Positions 38,544-52,294 of a stretch of DNA of 64,000 bases are shown one piece after another. Under the pieces are notes generated by a model that was not told the DNA's origin, made no database searches, and saw only the letters and a list, made by a program, of their open reading frames with translations. The translations under genes were made by a program, and so were the position numbers. The DNA comes from Tricharina praecox. Its lineage: Eukaryota. The stretch spans positions 930,001 through 994,000 of the forward strand of contig NW_026250409.1 in NCBI RefSeq assembly GCF_024521635.1, written 5' to 3'. How positions within the stretch are numbered: the stretch's first letter is position 1; each line of letters starts with the position of its first letter.

Positions 38544-39961
38544 ATGTCTGTTTCCACCAGCAAGCTCGACGCCGAGAGCCACCTCCTTCTCGTCCGCCCC
38601 CCCCTCCGGCCACCCACGCAGCAACAAGCTAACACACACATTGTAGGATGAACCACTCCTGCGGCTCCCGCACGAAATGCTGCGCAAGACGTTCAAGCAA
38701 TCGCAGAAGCACTTCGAGCGCGAGCAGACGGTAGTGATGACGTCGATCAAGGAAGCGGCCAAAGCGGCAACGACAGGAAAGGCCACGGCCGAGGACTCGC
38801 TGCGTAGCTTGAACGCGATGATATCGCGCATGCAGGGGTTCAAGCGGAAGGTGGAGGCACTGCACGAGGAGGAGAAGGTCCTTCACGGACATGAGAGGAA
38901 GAGGATCGCTCATCTGCAGGACCTTTACAATGTGGAGAATCTGCTGGATCCTGGGTATGATCGGTGGAGCCGAGTCAGGCTGGATAGGCTGCTTGTCGAC
39001 TTTTTACTCCGCAGTGGGTTCGGTGAGACTGCGGCAATGTTGGCCGAGGAAAAGGGCATCAAGGTGTGTGGTGGCGGCGGGGTCTTCTAGGGACAATGCG
39101 GGGTGCTGACGGTGGTAGGAACTCGTGGATGTCGATGTGTTTGTGCAGTGCTCTAAGATTGAGAGGAGCTTGAGAGAAGGCAGTACGAATGAGTGTCTGG
39201 CATGGTGCGCGGAGAATAAGCAGGCTTTGAGGAAGCAGAAGGTATGTGCTTCCAACCATGACTACGCGCCGTGCACTGATACGGGAAGTACCAGAGCACA
39301 CTCGAGTTCGAACTACGGCTACAGCAATTCATCGAATTGGTACGGCACGGTCGACACAAGGAGGCTATGGCACATTCGAAGAAGTTCCTAGCTCCGCATT
39401 CGGAGGCGCATTTCAACGATATCCAGATCGCCGCTGGGCTGCTGGCCATGGTTCCTAGCACGCCGGTGCACAGATACAAGGTAAACGGACATGTTGCTAT
39501 CGTCTGATGCTCGGCTGACTGGTGTCTGATAGGCTCTCTACTCGGTCTCCCGCTGGGATAGCCTTGCCACAACATTCGTCAATACCCATCATAGCCTTTA
39601 CGGTCTTCCTCAGCGCCCACTGATCCACATCGCTCTATCTGCGGGACTTTCGTCGCTCAAAACGCCATCGTGCCACTCATCGATAGCGTCGTCGAGTAGT
39701 AATACTGCTAGTACGACCACATCGTTGTGTCCTATCTGTTCAACGGAACTGAACGACCTGGCACGCAACATTCCGTACGCGCATCATGCGCGCTCGTCAG
39801 TTGAACCCGACCCTGTCATCCTGCCGAACGGAAGAGTCTACGGAAGAGATAGACTGGAGTTGTTGGCGAGCAAGCTGAACCTGCCGGCGGGGATGATTCG
39901 AGACCCGACCACCGGTGAAGAGCTGGAGGCGAGTTTGTTGAGGAAGGTGTATATTATGTGA
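38544..39961 (+). CDS. FYV10: GID/CTLH E3 ligase subunit Fyv10/Gid9 (MAEA), 5 exons
   Basis: MSVSTSKLDAESHLLL/DEPLLRLPHEMLRKTFK, LisH RLDRLLVDFLLRSG, CTLH ECLAWCAENK..LEFELRLQQFIEL, LSAGLSSLKTPSC, CPICSTELN..PYAHH, LPNGRVYG. Confidence 0.93.
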
Positions 39962-40167
39962 GGTGCTCGGATGCGGTGGCGCGTGATATCGATAATACTG
40001 CATAGCTGTGGTTTAGTGCGTTTGTTTGTTGGGTTTGTTTGCGTTGCTGGCGTTCTTGGTCTGCTTGCTTTTGCTCTTGCTTCGCTTTCATCTATTATTG
40101 TGGGTTCGGCAGAGTCAAGCCGTTGAACATCAAGTTGTGGTATTATCTTGTAGGCATCATACTCATT

Positions 40168-41100
40168 TCAATCTTCATCGTCATCATCGCTCGCCTTTGC
40201 CTTCCTCTTGCGGTTGATCAGTGATCCCTCACCTGCAACACCGAATAAGAACATCCTCGCCGCCCTATCCTCCCCCTTCCACGCACCACCACCCTCGATA
40301 TTCCCCAGAGTCCGCACATGCGCATAGCCCGGGTACATCTCCGACTCAAACACGAAACTAACCCTCGTAGCCAACCCGGCCTCCTTCGCCAAACCGCGGA
40401 TGTTCCACAGCTCATACGGCAACCCTTCAAACAGCGTCACTGCCACACTCCCGGTGACAGGTTTCAGCAGCGGCCGCGCGTGCTTGAAGAACCCGGCCAG
40501 CAGTTGCTGATTATACCGCACCTGCCGGTCCTGATCCTTCGTTGCGCCGCCCACGTGCGGGAACATGAACACGATGAAATCGTATCGCCGCGAGGACTTC
40601 GAGAACATCCGCCGCTTCAGCAGCGCCGTCGCATCGATCGAGTAGTGGACCTGGTAATTGACCTCCGCGTTGGCCGCCGCTGGTGTCTCATCATCCTCGT
40701 CGTCGTCCTCCACCACCTCCTCGCCCTCGACATACTCCGCCTTGCGAGCCTCCGGCGGCGCCAGGAACGCGGCGATATTCTCTTTAGCCTGCGGATACTT
40801 CTTGTGCAGGTCCGCCTCGGAGTCGTGGCACGTCGCGATGACGTTGCGCACGCCCAGCGCGCGGCGCAGCGACAAAGCGAACGAGAAGTCGCCTTCGCCT
40901 ACGAGCAGGACGGTGGAGGATTTCTGGAACGGCGGGGGCGTGCGGCGGGGCGGTTGTGCGGCCTGCTGCGACGCCTGCGGCTTCTTGGGTGCCGGAGGAG
41001 GAGCGCCGCCTTTTCTATGCCGTTTGGAGGCCGGCCCGCCGCCCTTGCCACCTTTGGTTTTGCTGTTGCCGTCTTGGCCGTGTTTTCGCTTTTTGGACAT
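40168..41100 (-). CDS. BMT5: 25S rRNA (uracil-N3)-methyltransferase Bmt5 (DUF2431)
   Basis: VLLVGEGDFSFALSL, IDATAL, YDFIVFMFPHVGG..DQDRQVRYNQQLL, TLFEGLPYELWNIRGLA, YPGYAHVRTLG; ATG at 41100 (MSKKRKH). Confidence 0.9.
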   Translation of the reverse strand: MSKKRKHGQDGNSKTKGGKGGGPASKRHRKGGAPPPAPKKPQASQQAAQPPRRTPPPFQKSSTVLLVGEGDFSFALSLRRALGVRNVIATCHDSEADLHKKYPQAKENIAAFLAPPEARKAEYVEGEEVVEDDDEDDETPAAANAEVNYQVHYSIDATALLKRRMFSKSSRRYDFIVFMFPHVGGATKDQDRQVRYNQQLLAGFFKHARPLLKPVTGSVAVTLFEGLPYELWNIRGLAKEAGLATRVSFVFESEMYPGYAHVRTLGNIEGGGAWKGEDRAARMFLFGVAGEGSLINRKRKAKASDDDDED

Positions 41101-42071
41101 GGTGGGATGTGGTACGGAGGGGGGATTACGGATTGAGGTTTGGGAGGTGCGTTGCTGGTGGAACGTGAAGAATTGGTTTGCGCGCGCCGTTGATAAGCGA
41201 TCTCGGCTGCGCATTAGTGGCTGGGCGGGCAGGCCGAGCTCAGAGACCGCCCTCAGCCTTCAGGTCCTCAGGTCCTCAGGTCCGTCTGCGGAATTCGTGA
41301 TTCGTGGACAGCGCTCATATGTCAGAATCGACCTGGGAGAGAGGCAGAGAGGATACATGATGGGCTTTCAGGTTCCAGGGGGATTAGCTACGTAGATGCC
41401 AGTGTCGTTCTGTCTACTCCCTGTATCTGACGTGAAGGAACTACGTAGCTGTCGGGTACCTGTGAAGCCCAAGCATGGTGCGAATAGAAAGCCGATCTGC
41501 GACTGACTGCAGCCCAACAAGTCGTCATAATTGTTTTTTCCTCCTTGATTAGCTATCGGCAGAGTAGATTGGCGGGTAGATGGATGGATGTGGTTTCACA
41601 GTCACCTTCAGCTGTCTGGTTTGATGATAGCCGAAAAACCGCCATTTTGCGATCGATAAATTTGCCGCATCCTTCGGCCACAATTAGAGTGTTTGAGCGG
41701 GATGAATGAATCAACGGTATGCGGAAGCCTTCTAGATTCCTACTCGAATGGGAAGGGGAAGAGAACTCTTCGATGAAGAGAGGGCGACGGCGAGAGATCC
41801 CGAACCCGAAGTTGTGGTTCAACCAGTCAGTCGCCACTAGAGTTACTCTAGGTGGGCCAAGGCCGCATTGCGCCGAACTGAACTGCCTTGTGAACTCACA
41901 TCTTGCTTGTGTCGCTTGCTCGCTCGCTCAACTTATCCACTACGTCGACCTACCAACCCACTCCCTCTGCCGCCTCCAAACAAACCCACTTGCCTTCGCA
42001 CGAACAACACAACTCCATACTCAAACCACCCTACGCCCTACACATTCCTCTGAACTCGCTTGCTACATCCA

Positions 42072-43006
42072 ATGCCGGCCACACATCCAAAGCAGCGCAA
42101 GATCGCAATTGTAGGCAGCAGGGCTGTCGGTGCGCTTCCTCTCCCCTCTCCGCTCCCCGTCGCGGAGCTGAAGCTGAGCTGAGCTGACAACGTCCTCCAC
42201 AGGCAAATCGTCGCTCACGGTCCAGTTCGTCGAGAACCACTTCGTCGAATCCTACTATCCCACAATCGAAAACACCTTCTCGAGGACCATCAAGTACAAG
42301 GGACAGGAGTACGCGACCGAGATCATAGATACTGCCGGACAGGTATGTGGCGCCACTCTTACTTCTGCTACTCTACGGCCCGCCATACCCAGTCCTGCCC
42401 TGCTCTGCCGTGCTCTGCCCTGCTCTGCCCTGCTCTGCCCTGCTCTGCCCTGCTCTGCCCTGCTCTGCCCTGCTCTGCCCTGCTCTGCCCTGCTCTGCCC
42501 TGCTCTGCCCTGCCCTGCCCCTACCCCGCCTGCCCGCCCGCTTACATGGACGGAACAAAACGAACAGGATGAGTACAGCATTCTGAACTCGAGACACTCG
42601 ATCGGTATTCATGGTTACATGCTCGTGTACTCGGTCACGTCCAAGCAGTCCTTTGAGATGGTCAAGATCATCAGAGACAAAGTTCTGAATCATCTGGTAT
42701 GCACGGAGCAGCTCCTACTCTCACTCCCTTCCTCTCTCCCTCCGTCCGCCTTTGCTGACTGTACGACAGGGCGCGGATTGGGTCCCAATCGTAGTAGTCG
42801 GCAACAAATCTGATCTGCACATCCAACGGCAGGTCTCGACGGACGAGGGAAAGGCGCTGATGACGGAATGGAACTGTTCCTGGACCGAGGCGTCGGCGAG
42901 GCACAACGAGAACGTCGTCAAGGCGTTCGAGCTCATGATTGCTGAGGTGGAAAAGGCACAGAATCCGGCGCAGCCTACTGGTGGTAAATCGTGCATCATC
43001 ATGTAA
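42072..43006 (+). CDS. RHB1: Rheb small GTPase, 4 exons
   Basis: KQRKIAIVGSRAVGKSSLTVQFVENHFVESYYPTIENTF, DTAGQDEYSILN, VGNKSDL, EASAR, CAAX box CIIM*. Confidence 0.97.
42395..42520 (+). repeat. Decamer minisatellite (TGCTCTGCCC)n, about 12 copies, in RHB1 intron 2
   Basis: Visible near-perfect 10-nt tandem array. Confidence 0.95.
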
Positions 43007-43851
43007 TTGCACATCTTCTACTTCTGCTTCTGCTTCTTCGCGCTTTTTCTTTTTCTTTTTGGAAGCCATCTCTTTCTATCGCTCTCTCCTGCGGCCACCA
43101 CCACCGTCCGAAACATTCTGGCCACGCACGGAAATAGGTGGTTGCAAGTATGTTTGTGCTGTATTGCCTGGAGTAGTAGAAGGGGAAGTGATGAGAACAC
43201 GATCTGTCGAGTATAATGAATGACTTTTGCTGCCTGTTCTGCTTCCGTTTCGGTCTGTTCGGTCCTTTCCTGTAATAAGGCAAGCAATAGCTTGAGTTAC
43301 TCTGCACTATGTACCTTTTGGTACTTTCTTCCTGGGGTTTTCCGAGAGCATGTGTTTCGCTGCTTGTGGTTCTATTTTTCCGTTTATTGCCGTTTTTGAT
43401 CCGATATTGCATGTAGACGGATATGAGGATGAATGCAATCATGATGTGTCAATGGCAATATAAATTACCATTTCTACGTACGATCGAAGCTCAATGTGTG
43501 GCGACTGCGTTGTGGCAGGTAGGTGTGGCGAGGCTCTTGGCGGCTTGGCTCGGCTTATTGTAGCATAGTTGAGCTTCTCTCTCAATAGTTAATCGACACA
43601 CACATAACACTGCGTGCGGTCTCATCTCCTCTACTTAGAGCAACTACCCCGATCGACCCTCCGCGTCTCCACCTCTCCAACACCACACCACACTACACCA
43701 CAACCCCACCACCACCACCTCTACTGCTGCAAACAACCACAGCTACAGTAACAGCAACCGACAGCACCGCTTTTTCGCTACAACACACTTGCTTCTACGA
43801 CACGACACGATCACACATCTTTTCGCGAGAGCTGCAACTAAGCTACCAACC

Positions 43852-46139
43852 ATGACGATGAAGCGGGAGTCTCCGACGCCGCCCTCGGCGAGCGCGGAGC
43901 CGCCACGCAAGAAACCACTCACGATCGATCCGTCGGGCCGTCCGCGGTTCAGGGGATGCGAGACGATCAAGGCGTACGAGATGCTCGGCAAGCTCGGCGA
44001 GGGAACGTTTGGGTACGTGGCACTGCGTTTTGAGTTTGCGTTTGCGTGTTTGTGTGTGGGTTCGCGAAAGGAAACGGGTTCACTCGCTAATACGTGGGTT
44101 ACGGGTCGCAGCGAGGTCCACAAGGCGCGACACAGACAGAACGGAAAGCTCGTGGCATTGAAGAAGATCCTGATGCATAACTCGAAGGACGAGGGGGTAA
44201 GGCATATCCGATCCGGTTCAATTCGGGCATCCGTGGCGGAATGGAATTGGCGGGCTGATCGCCGTGCGTGTGGGTGATTTAGTTTCCGATTACGGCACTC
44301 CGGGAAATCAAGATCTTGAAGATGTTGGAACATCGGAATATCATTCGCCTCATTGAGATGGCGGTCGAGCGGAAGAGTACGTGCTGTCGTCGCTTTTCTG
44401 GGTGCTTTTCATGTTTGGTGGTTTGCGTGAAAACATAATATGGTTGCTGACTGCACCCACTACAAACAGAAGAACGGACGGTTTCACCTAGAGGTACCAT
44501 GTACATGATCACTCCGTACATGGAACATGATCTGGCGGGGTTGTTGGAGAACAAAGATGTCGTGTTTAGCGACGGCTTGATTAAGTGCTACTTACTTCAG
44601 CTACTCGATGGTACAAAGTATCTTCACGATAGTCACATTTTGCACCGAGACATGAAGGGTGAGCTACACCGAACAATGCCCTCGTTTGGGTTTGCCCAGT
44701 CTAATATGCGTAGCCGCGAATCTTCTGATCGATAACCGTGGAGTTCTTCGTATCGCTGATTTTGGACTTGCCCGGATATTCGACGAAGCAGTGCCTGTTG
44801 CGGGTGGGGGAGGTGGACAGGCTCAGCGCGATTACACCAACTGCGTTGTCACTCGTTGGTACAGGCCACCGGAGCTTTTATTGGGAGAGAAGCGATATAC
44901 GTCTGCCATTGATCTCTGGGGTGTCGGGTATGTTTCGCTGGGTACGCGTGTTCTTCTCCCGCTAATTGACATCATAGATGCGTCTTTGCCGAAATGTACA
45001 AGAGGAAGCCGATTCTTCAGGGAAACAGCGACATGGACCAGATGCACAAAATCTTTAGTCTCTGTGGTCCGCCTACTGCGAGATCCATGCCCGGCGCCGA
45101 ACGGTTACCAGGATTCGAGATGATCAAGCATGTCACCTACCAGCGGACCCTCGAAGGACAGCACAGCAGAATGGGAAGCTCCGGTGTCGCTCTATTGTCG
45201 GAACTACTGAAATTGGACCCGGCCAAGCGAATCAATGCGATTGACGCCCTGAAGCACGAGTACTTTAGGGTAGATCCTCAGCCCCTCAAGCCTGGAGAAG
45301 TGCCGAAGTTCAACGACAGTCACGAATTGGACGGCAAGAAGAATCGGAACAGAGGCCCGCCCCCTGCACCAGCTGGCGGTAGTGTCGGCGTTGGTCAAAA
45401 CGGTGGACCCGAGTGGGCAGGCAGAGCTGGAGAGGTTGGGCCATGGAGCAGTGGCGGGACTGGTGGCGGAGGTAGCAGGAGGCCAAATGACTGGGGCAAC
45501 GGAAGCGGTGCGAGCCGACTACCTCCACCACCACATGGACGACCCCCTCACGACAGATTGCCTCCACGCGACGACCGCGGATTGCCTCCTCACGATAGCA
45601 GTCGCATGCCTCCCATCCATCGCGATCGAGGAAACGGCACAGACCATAGACCCCCGTGGGCAAAGACAGCCAACCCACCTGACCACCCCCACCCTCGCGA
45701 GGCCAGTCTACCGCACCGAGATGCGGGCTTGCCACTACCACCCCCACCTCCACGCTCTTTGACTGGAGCACCGGACAGAGATCGCGATCGTCGAGGACGC
45801 AATCGTGGCGGTGGAGGAGGTGGCGGAGGCCCTGACCGGGACACTTACATCCCTTCTTACGGAGCGGATGATGACCGGAGGGGCGGTGGTGGTGGTCGTG
45901 GCTGGGAGAGGGAGCGGGGAGCGAGCCGCGACAGGGATAGGGGAGATAGAGACCGGGGAGACAGGGACAGGGGGGACAGGGCCGATTGGCGTGATCGCGG
46001 GCTTCCGGAACGCGGGGAGAGGATGGAGCGCGGATATGGCGGAGGAGGCGGTGGAGGCGGCCCCCACCCCCACCCTCATCCCCACAGAAGCCAGAGCCGT
46101 GACCGCGAGCTCTCCACCCATAATCTTTACCGGCGGTAG
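43852..46139 (+). CDS. BUR1: Cyclin-dependent transcription-elongation kinase Bur1/Sgv1 (CDK9-like) with a Pro/Arg/Asp-rich tail; multi-exon
   Basis: [81 protein letters not shown]. Confidence 0.95.
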
Positions 46140-46919
46140 GACGCTGGTTGGAAACGTGGGTGGAGGGCGGATGGGGGGGCTGCGTACGAGCGTCGTCGAC
46201 GGGGTGAGTGAGGGAAGAACCCTTACCAGGAGTCTCCGGGGGGAGGGGGCGGGGGGGTCCTTCAGATCACCTAATACTATTGTTTTTTAAATGGCAGAAA
46301 ACTTGCTCGTTTTTTTTCATTATAGGGATTGATGTTTGAGTCGGTAGTGTGTTTTGCTTTGTGTTTTGAGCGCTTGATCTGGATCAGATCAATGTTTTCA
46401 TTCGTGGGGCGGAGTTATTGTTTTTCTAGGTACCTACTCTGTTGTTTTGCTGCGCTTAACGCTTTAGATTGTTCATTTCTTTCCTAAGGTACCTATCTTT
46501 TCTAGGGTCAATAGCTCGTTGAAGATGCCCAAGTGCTTGGTGGATTATGGCTGTGAATTGAAACGAAACGGCGGTGTAATTACTGCCTATCCCACTGAGT
46601 GTGACAACAAATCGATATTCTCTCTTGGCCTCTTATGTACCACGGACATATTCGGGGCAGCATCATATTGTATGATCCACCGGCCACCTTCCATACCGGC
46701 AATGACATCACCCACCACTATGATCGCAACCAGGCCCAGTCCGCCAATAAAACCCTCTACTACTTCAGTCTACCACTTCACTCCTCTACAAATAGCTAAT
46801 ACATAGTCTCGCGGCCATTTAGCTTCTGTCCTGGAGGGACTGGACGGATTGGACGGACTGGTTGTGTGTCGGTGGAGGAGGTGGAGGACGGATCGGACCA
46901 TACATACTGGACGGCACCG

Positions 46920-47190
46920 TTAGGACTGGCAGACACCATAGTTACCGTCCGCGCACCATTAGGACTGGCGGGCACCATTAGGACTGGCGGGCACCTTTAG
47001 GACTGGCGGGCACCTTTAGGACTGGCGGGCACCTTTAGGACTGGCGGGCACCTTTAGGACTGGCGGGCACCTTTAGGACTGGCGGGCACCTTTAGGACTG
47101 GTGGGCACCTTTAAGACTGGCGGGCACCATTGGGATTTGCGGGTACCGTCGGGACTGGCGGGCGCTATTAGGACCGGTGGGACCATTAGG
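46920..47190 (+). repeat. 19-nt minisatellite, about 13-14 units with a homogeneous core and degenerate edges
   Basis: Unit ttaggactggcgggcacc(t/a) at 46959, 46978, 46997, 47016, 47035, 47054, 47073 and variants beyond. Confidence 0.95.
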
Positions 47191-48203
47191 TATTGATTTC
47201 CCTGAAATAGAATGGGAATACTAGAACCTTGAACCGACCACAAGGACCTTGGCTGTCAGAACATCGACATGAAAGCTGGATTCGAGGATGTCGATAGTGA
47301 ATCCGGCGATTCGGCGATTCGGACGGGGGCGTGGAAAAGAAGTGTCACTACTACCTACTCTATGGTAAAGCCTACATACAGCTAATCACTCGGGCTGAAG
47401 TGGGATTGTTTGATAAAGTCTTGGGGAGGGGGGGGGGGAAGCCCGAGAGTGAGGGAGAGATTGTGCCAGAGGAGGAGAGGGGAAGGCACAGCTGGCCATG
47501 ATTCCCCCCTCCCCCTCCATGGTATGAATACACAAACACAATAGCATGCCCTCCCGGTGAAAAATAGCTATAAGTTGCAGCAACCGGGAGGATACTGTAG
47601 ATAACGGTGTGTATGGAAACCGCTTGCTTGCTTGCTTATTCCACCGTTTCTGTACGCATGAAACAAGCTTGCTTGCCTGCTTGCTTGTTGCGCCGTTTTG
47701 TGCGTACATACCTCCTACCTGGTACACAGGATTATCCGGACAGCATGTGCTATACTGCTGGGTACTCTATCCCGATCACGAGAAATCGCGTGCCCGCAGC
47801 ACAGGCGAGCAAGCTGACGAGAGCACATAGGATCCAGCCCAGGCTGCAGTGCAGCGCAGTGCAGATGCTCGCTTTGCCTTGCTTTTTTTTCCTTTCTCTC
47901 TCTCTCGCAATGCAATCCGTTTGGCTCAGGGAGAAGTCCAAGTGCAAAGTGCAAAGTGCAAGTGCGCGAAGTCACATGAAATTGCGTCTTCGCCGTTCGG
48001 AGCGCCACGGAAAGGTCTTCGAGCATATCTCCTACATACAGAGCCTACATAGATGCCCACCACAATGGATTACATATGGGATCAGGAAGATGAGCTTACT
48101 AGTATAAAACGCTCGCCGATTCTCCACGGACCATGACTTCCTCCCATCCGCAAGCGAGAAGCTAGAAAGTAGGTAGTTAGAGTCCTTGGCGAAACTGATA
48201 GAT

Positions 48204-50129
48204 ATGAACGGAACAAAAACCGCGCCCCACCATCCACGTCCATCTCCAACCCCCGCCTCCTCCGCCGCCGCCATCCCTCCTCCCTGCAAACGATTCCGCC
48301 GCGCGAACAACATGGCCGCCACCACCATCCAAGAGCGAAGAAAGAACTCCGCCGCTGGAGGCTGGGTTATCCAGAAGTTTGGCGGGACCAGCGTGGGAAA
48401 GTTCCCGGCGCAGATTGCGGAGAATATCGTTGGGTATGTGGTATGGATTGAGATTTGTGGTGGTGCTGGTGGTGGTGCTGGTAGTGGGGGTGGGGGTGGT
48501 GGGGACAATGCTGGTGGGGCTTTGTATAGCTGATGCGTGTGTGTAGACCCTCCATGAAGGACAACAAGATCGCCATTGTATGTTCCGCCCGGAGCACCGA
48601 TACCAAAGCGGAGGGCACAACGAACCGGTTCGTCTCCCGGAGTTCCCCCCGTCGTGTGGGGCTGATGGGCTGATGGTGGTGGTGGTAGCTTGATCCTCGC
48701 AGCGGAAGAGGCGCTGAAGCCGTCCTCGCGGTTATACGTTGGGATCGTGGACGCGATCCGGGAAGACCACATCCGCGCATCGAAGGAGGTGATCAGCGAT
48801 CCGGAGGTGCTGCAATCCCTTCAGGTGGAGATCGAGGAGGAGTGCGCACATCTTGCCAGCTTCCTCGGTGCGGCGCAGATCATCGACGAGATCTCCCCAA
48901 AGACCAAGGATGCGATCATCGGGACTGGAGAGAAGCTCAGTTGTATGTTTATGGCGGCGTTATTGAAGGATCGGGTATGTTATGCTGTCGGGAGGTGGCG
49001 GATGAGTGCTGATGTTGGATATGCGAATAGGGTATCGATGCCGAGTATGTCGACCTCGGAAACGTCGTTGATACTACGTACAACTCGAAGGGAGGGTTGA
49101 ATCAGGACTTCTACGATGCGCTGTCGAAGAACCTGGCGGAGAGGATAGAGCAGTGTGGAGACAAGCTACCGGTTGTCACTGGATACTTTGGCGTGGTGCC
49201 GGGAAGCTTGTTGACATCCGTTGGGAGGGGCTACACCGATCTCTGCGCGGCGCTTCTCGCCGTCGGCCTAGACGCACACGAGCTCCAGGTGTGGAAGGAA
49301 GTCGACGGCATCTTCACCGCCGACCCCCGGAAAGTCGTCACGGCCCGCCTGATTTCGATCATCACCCCCGAGGAGGCGGCCGAGCTCACCTACTACGGCT
49401 CCGAGGTGATCCATCCGTTCACCATGGAGCAGGTGATCCGCGCGCGGATCCCAATCCGGATCAAGAACGTCGAGAACCCCAGCGGGGAGGGCACCATGAT
49501 CTTTCCCGACACGCTCGCACGCAAGGGTGAAGACACACCGAGCGAGATCCCGCGCCACTTCCGGAACCGCTCGCACGACGCGCTGCTGCAGCCGCGCCAC
49601 TTGCGGCCCACCGCCGTCACGACGAAGAGCAACATTGTCGTGCTGAACGTCCACTCAAACCGCAAGAGTCTCAGCCACGGATTCCTGGCGGGCATCTTCC
49701 AGATCCTGGATCAGCACCAGCTCTGTGTGGATCTCATCTCTACGTCCGAGGTGCACGTGTCGATGGCGCTGCAGTCCGAGGTCAAGGACCATGCGTTGAA
49801 GCAGGCGCTCGAAGAGTTGAAGCGCCATGGCTCCGTCGATGTCATCCGGAACTTGACCATTCTGAGTTTGGTCGGCAAGCAGATGAAGCACATGATTGGT
49901 ATTGCGGGCCGCATGTTCACCACTCTGGCAAAGGCCAACGTCAACATCGAGATGATATCCCAAGGTGCGCATCCCCCTTCATGCAGCGATTCTTGTAGAA
50001 GCGATACACTGATGCACAATAACAACAGGAGCGAGTGAAATCAACATTAGCTGCGTGATCAATGAGGACGACGCAATCAGGGCTATGAATGTGCTCCACA
50101 CACAGCTGTTTACATATCAAGACATGTAA
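48204..50129 (+). CDS. HOM3: Aspartokinase; multi-exon; start could be 48204 or 48312
   Basis: WVIQKFGGTSVGK, VCSARS, GEKLSC, VVTGYFG, GRGYTDLCAAL, WKEVDGIFTADPRKV, EAAELTYYGSEVIHPFTM, ACT domains, MISQGASEINISCVI. Confidence 0.97.
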
Positions 50130-50624
50130 ATACATAGCTTTTTCTGGTTGCTTTTTGTTGCTGTTTTCTGGCGTTGGATAGTTCGAGCCACACTTTGGGA
50201 TTTTCTTGGTCGATTTAGTTAGAATACCTTCTGTAGGCTGTAGAGATGAAGTCTAAAGAGTTGTTTTTTTGGGTTGTTTCTTCGTTGATCGCATGTAGCC
50301 TATCAGATGACAAATTGGTTTCTGTTGGTTCGTTTGATCATACATACTCGCATTCGGCCTAACCACCGGTACACTACGGCGACTTAGCGAGTTGATGTTT
50401 TTCTTCTATTTCTTTTTCAATCATCAATTGCATGTGATTAACGACGAATTGATGCTTCCTCATGTGTTCACGAACCGATGGTCGGCACAGTGATCTGACA
50501 TGATTGGCCCCACGAATGATCATCGCCAAGGAGGGATGTCTCGGGACGCACAGACCATGTACCAAGCGCTGCTCATGCAGGTTCTCGGCGCACGTACGCA
50601 CGATCACCAACCATCACCCCACCA

Positions 50625-51889
50625 ATGTCGCACATCACCCGGCACCTCCGGCGGGCGCTCTCCACCACCGCCGGGACCTCCACCGGCACCTCCGTCGCTG
50701 CCCCACGCGTCGTCTTCTCGGGCATCCAACCGACTGGCGTCCCGCACCTCGGCAACTACCTCGGAGCGCTGCGCACATGGGCGGACATCCAGGCCTCAGC
50801 GTCGGCGGACACGCAGCTGATCTTCAGCATTGTCGACTTGCACGCGATCACGCAGCCGCAGGCCGCCGAAACCCTGCGGAAGGCGAGGAGAGAGACGCTC
50901 GCGACTATCCTCGCCGTCGGTATCGACCCGGAGCGCTGCACGCTGTTCGAGCAGAGCAGGGTCCCGCACCATGCTGAGCTCATGTGGATCCTCAGCTGCG
51001 GCGCGAGTACGGGTTACCTCAGTCGGATGACTCAGTGGAAGGTATGTACCACGACGAAACGGCGAGAGGCGGCGCTGAGTGTCGCGACAGAGTAAATTGG
51101 GCGTCAAGGAGGATGTGAATGCGTTTGAGGGAAAGTCCACGGCGAAACTGAAGTTGGGGCTGTTTTCGTATCCAGTTTTGCAGGCGGCGGATATTTTGGT
51201 GCACAGGTTTGTTTCCTATGAAGTTGGAGGGGAGGGGAAGGGTACGGCTGATGGAAGTAGGGCTACAGATGTGCCCGTGGGAGAAGATCAGGTGCAGCAC
51301 CTCGAGTTCACCCGTGAAATCGTCGGAACATTCCACAGCTCGTACGGCGAAGTATTCCCGCTTCCTAAAACAATCCTCTGTAACACGCACCTACCCACTC
51401 ATCCGATAGCTGGCTGCTGACATTGAACGCACAGCACCGGCGCGAAGAGTAATGTCACTCCGTGACCCACTCCAGAAAATGTCCAAATCCGATCCACAGC
51501 CGTTGTCCCGGATCCTCTTGACCGATGGTCCCGACACGATCTGGGAGAAGCTGAAGAAGTCGATGACGGATTCCGAGCTGGGAGTCAGTTACGATCCTAA
51601 AAATCGACCGGGCGTGTCGAATCTGATCGAGATATATGCGCACATGCAGCGGAGAGACGATTTCGGCGCTATCGCACAGGAGTGGGAAAATCTAGAGAAG
51701 AAGGAGCTCAAGATGCGGGTTGCAGAGTGTATTTCTGAGGGATTGAAGCCCGTCAGAGAGGAGTATGAAAGGATCATGAAGGAGGGCGACGGGTATCTTG
51801 ATAAGATCGCAGAGAAGGGTGCGGCTAAGGCGAGAGAGAGCGCGGAGAAGACGATGGTCCTCGTCAGGAAGGCTATGGGATTGGCGTGA
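50625..51889 (+). CDS. MSW1: Mitochondrial tryptophanyl-tRNA synthetase, 4 exons
   Basis: Presequence; [18 protein letters not shown] (HIGH motif), [47 protein letters not shown]. Confidence 0.96.
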
Positions 51890-52294
51890 GTTTGACGTCG
51901 GTCATGCCTTACTATAGTGAAATGGTAGCTCTTCGATAGATAGGATCATGCGCTCGCATTAGAACACGGCAGGGCTGAAGGTGGTCAGAGAGTTGGCCCC
52001 GCGACTACTCCACTTATCATTTACTGCTTCACGAGAAGTACGTTGCATTGCTTGCCGGTCCAGTCGTACACTCGGACTCGGACTCGGTGTCACAAACATG
52101 CCATATCCTTCCACTGGTCTAAACAAAGCGGACCATCCACCCATCTACGCAATTAGAGTAAACAACATGAACATGTCCAGGGTTCCATCTCATTCACAAT
52201 AAAAGCTGTCAGTCATTCGTTATCTCCACCGTCGATCCCCAAGAACCCACGCAACACGACCAACGCCTACGAAACCGATCCGATCAAAGAAGAA

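Noticed and set aside
38254..38646. Poly-His, poly-Thr and poly-Val ORFs
   Set aside because: Translations of the (CAC)n microsatellite in the FYV10 leader; the gene starts at 38544
46920..47190. Regular 19-nt array, and the 41-nt array at 20716, as CRISPR-like
   Set aside because: Units are contiguous with no unique spacers, there are no cas genes, and the context is eukaryotic
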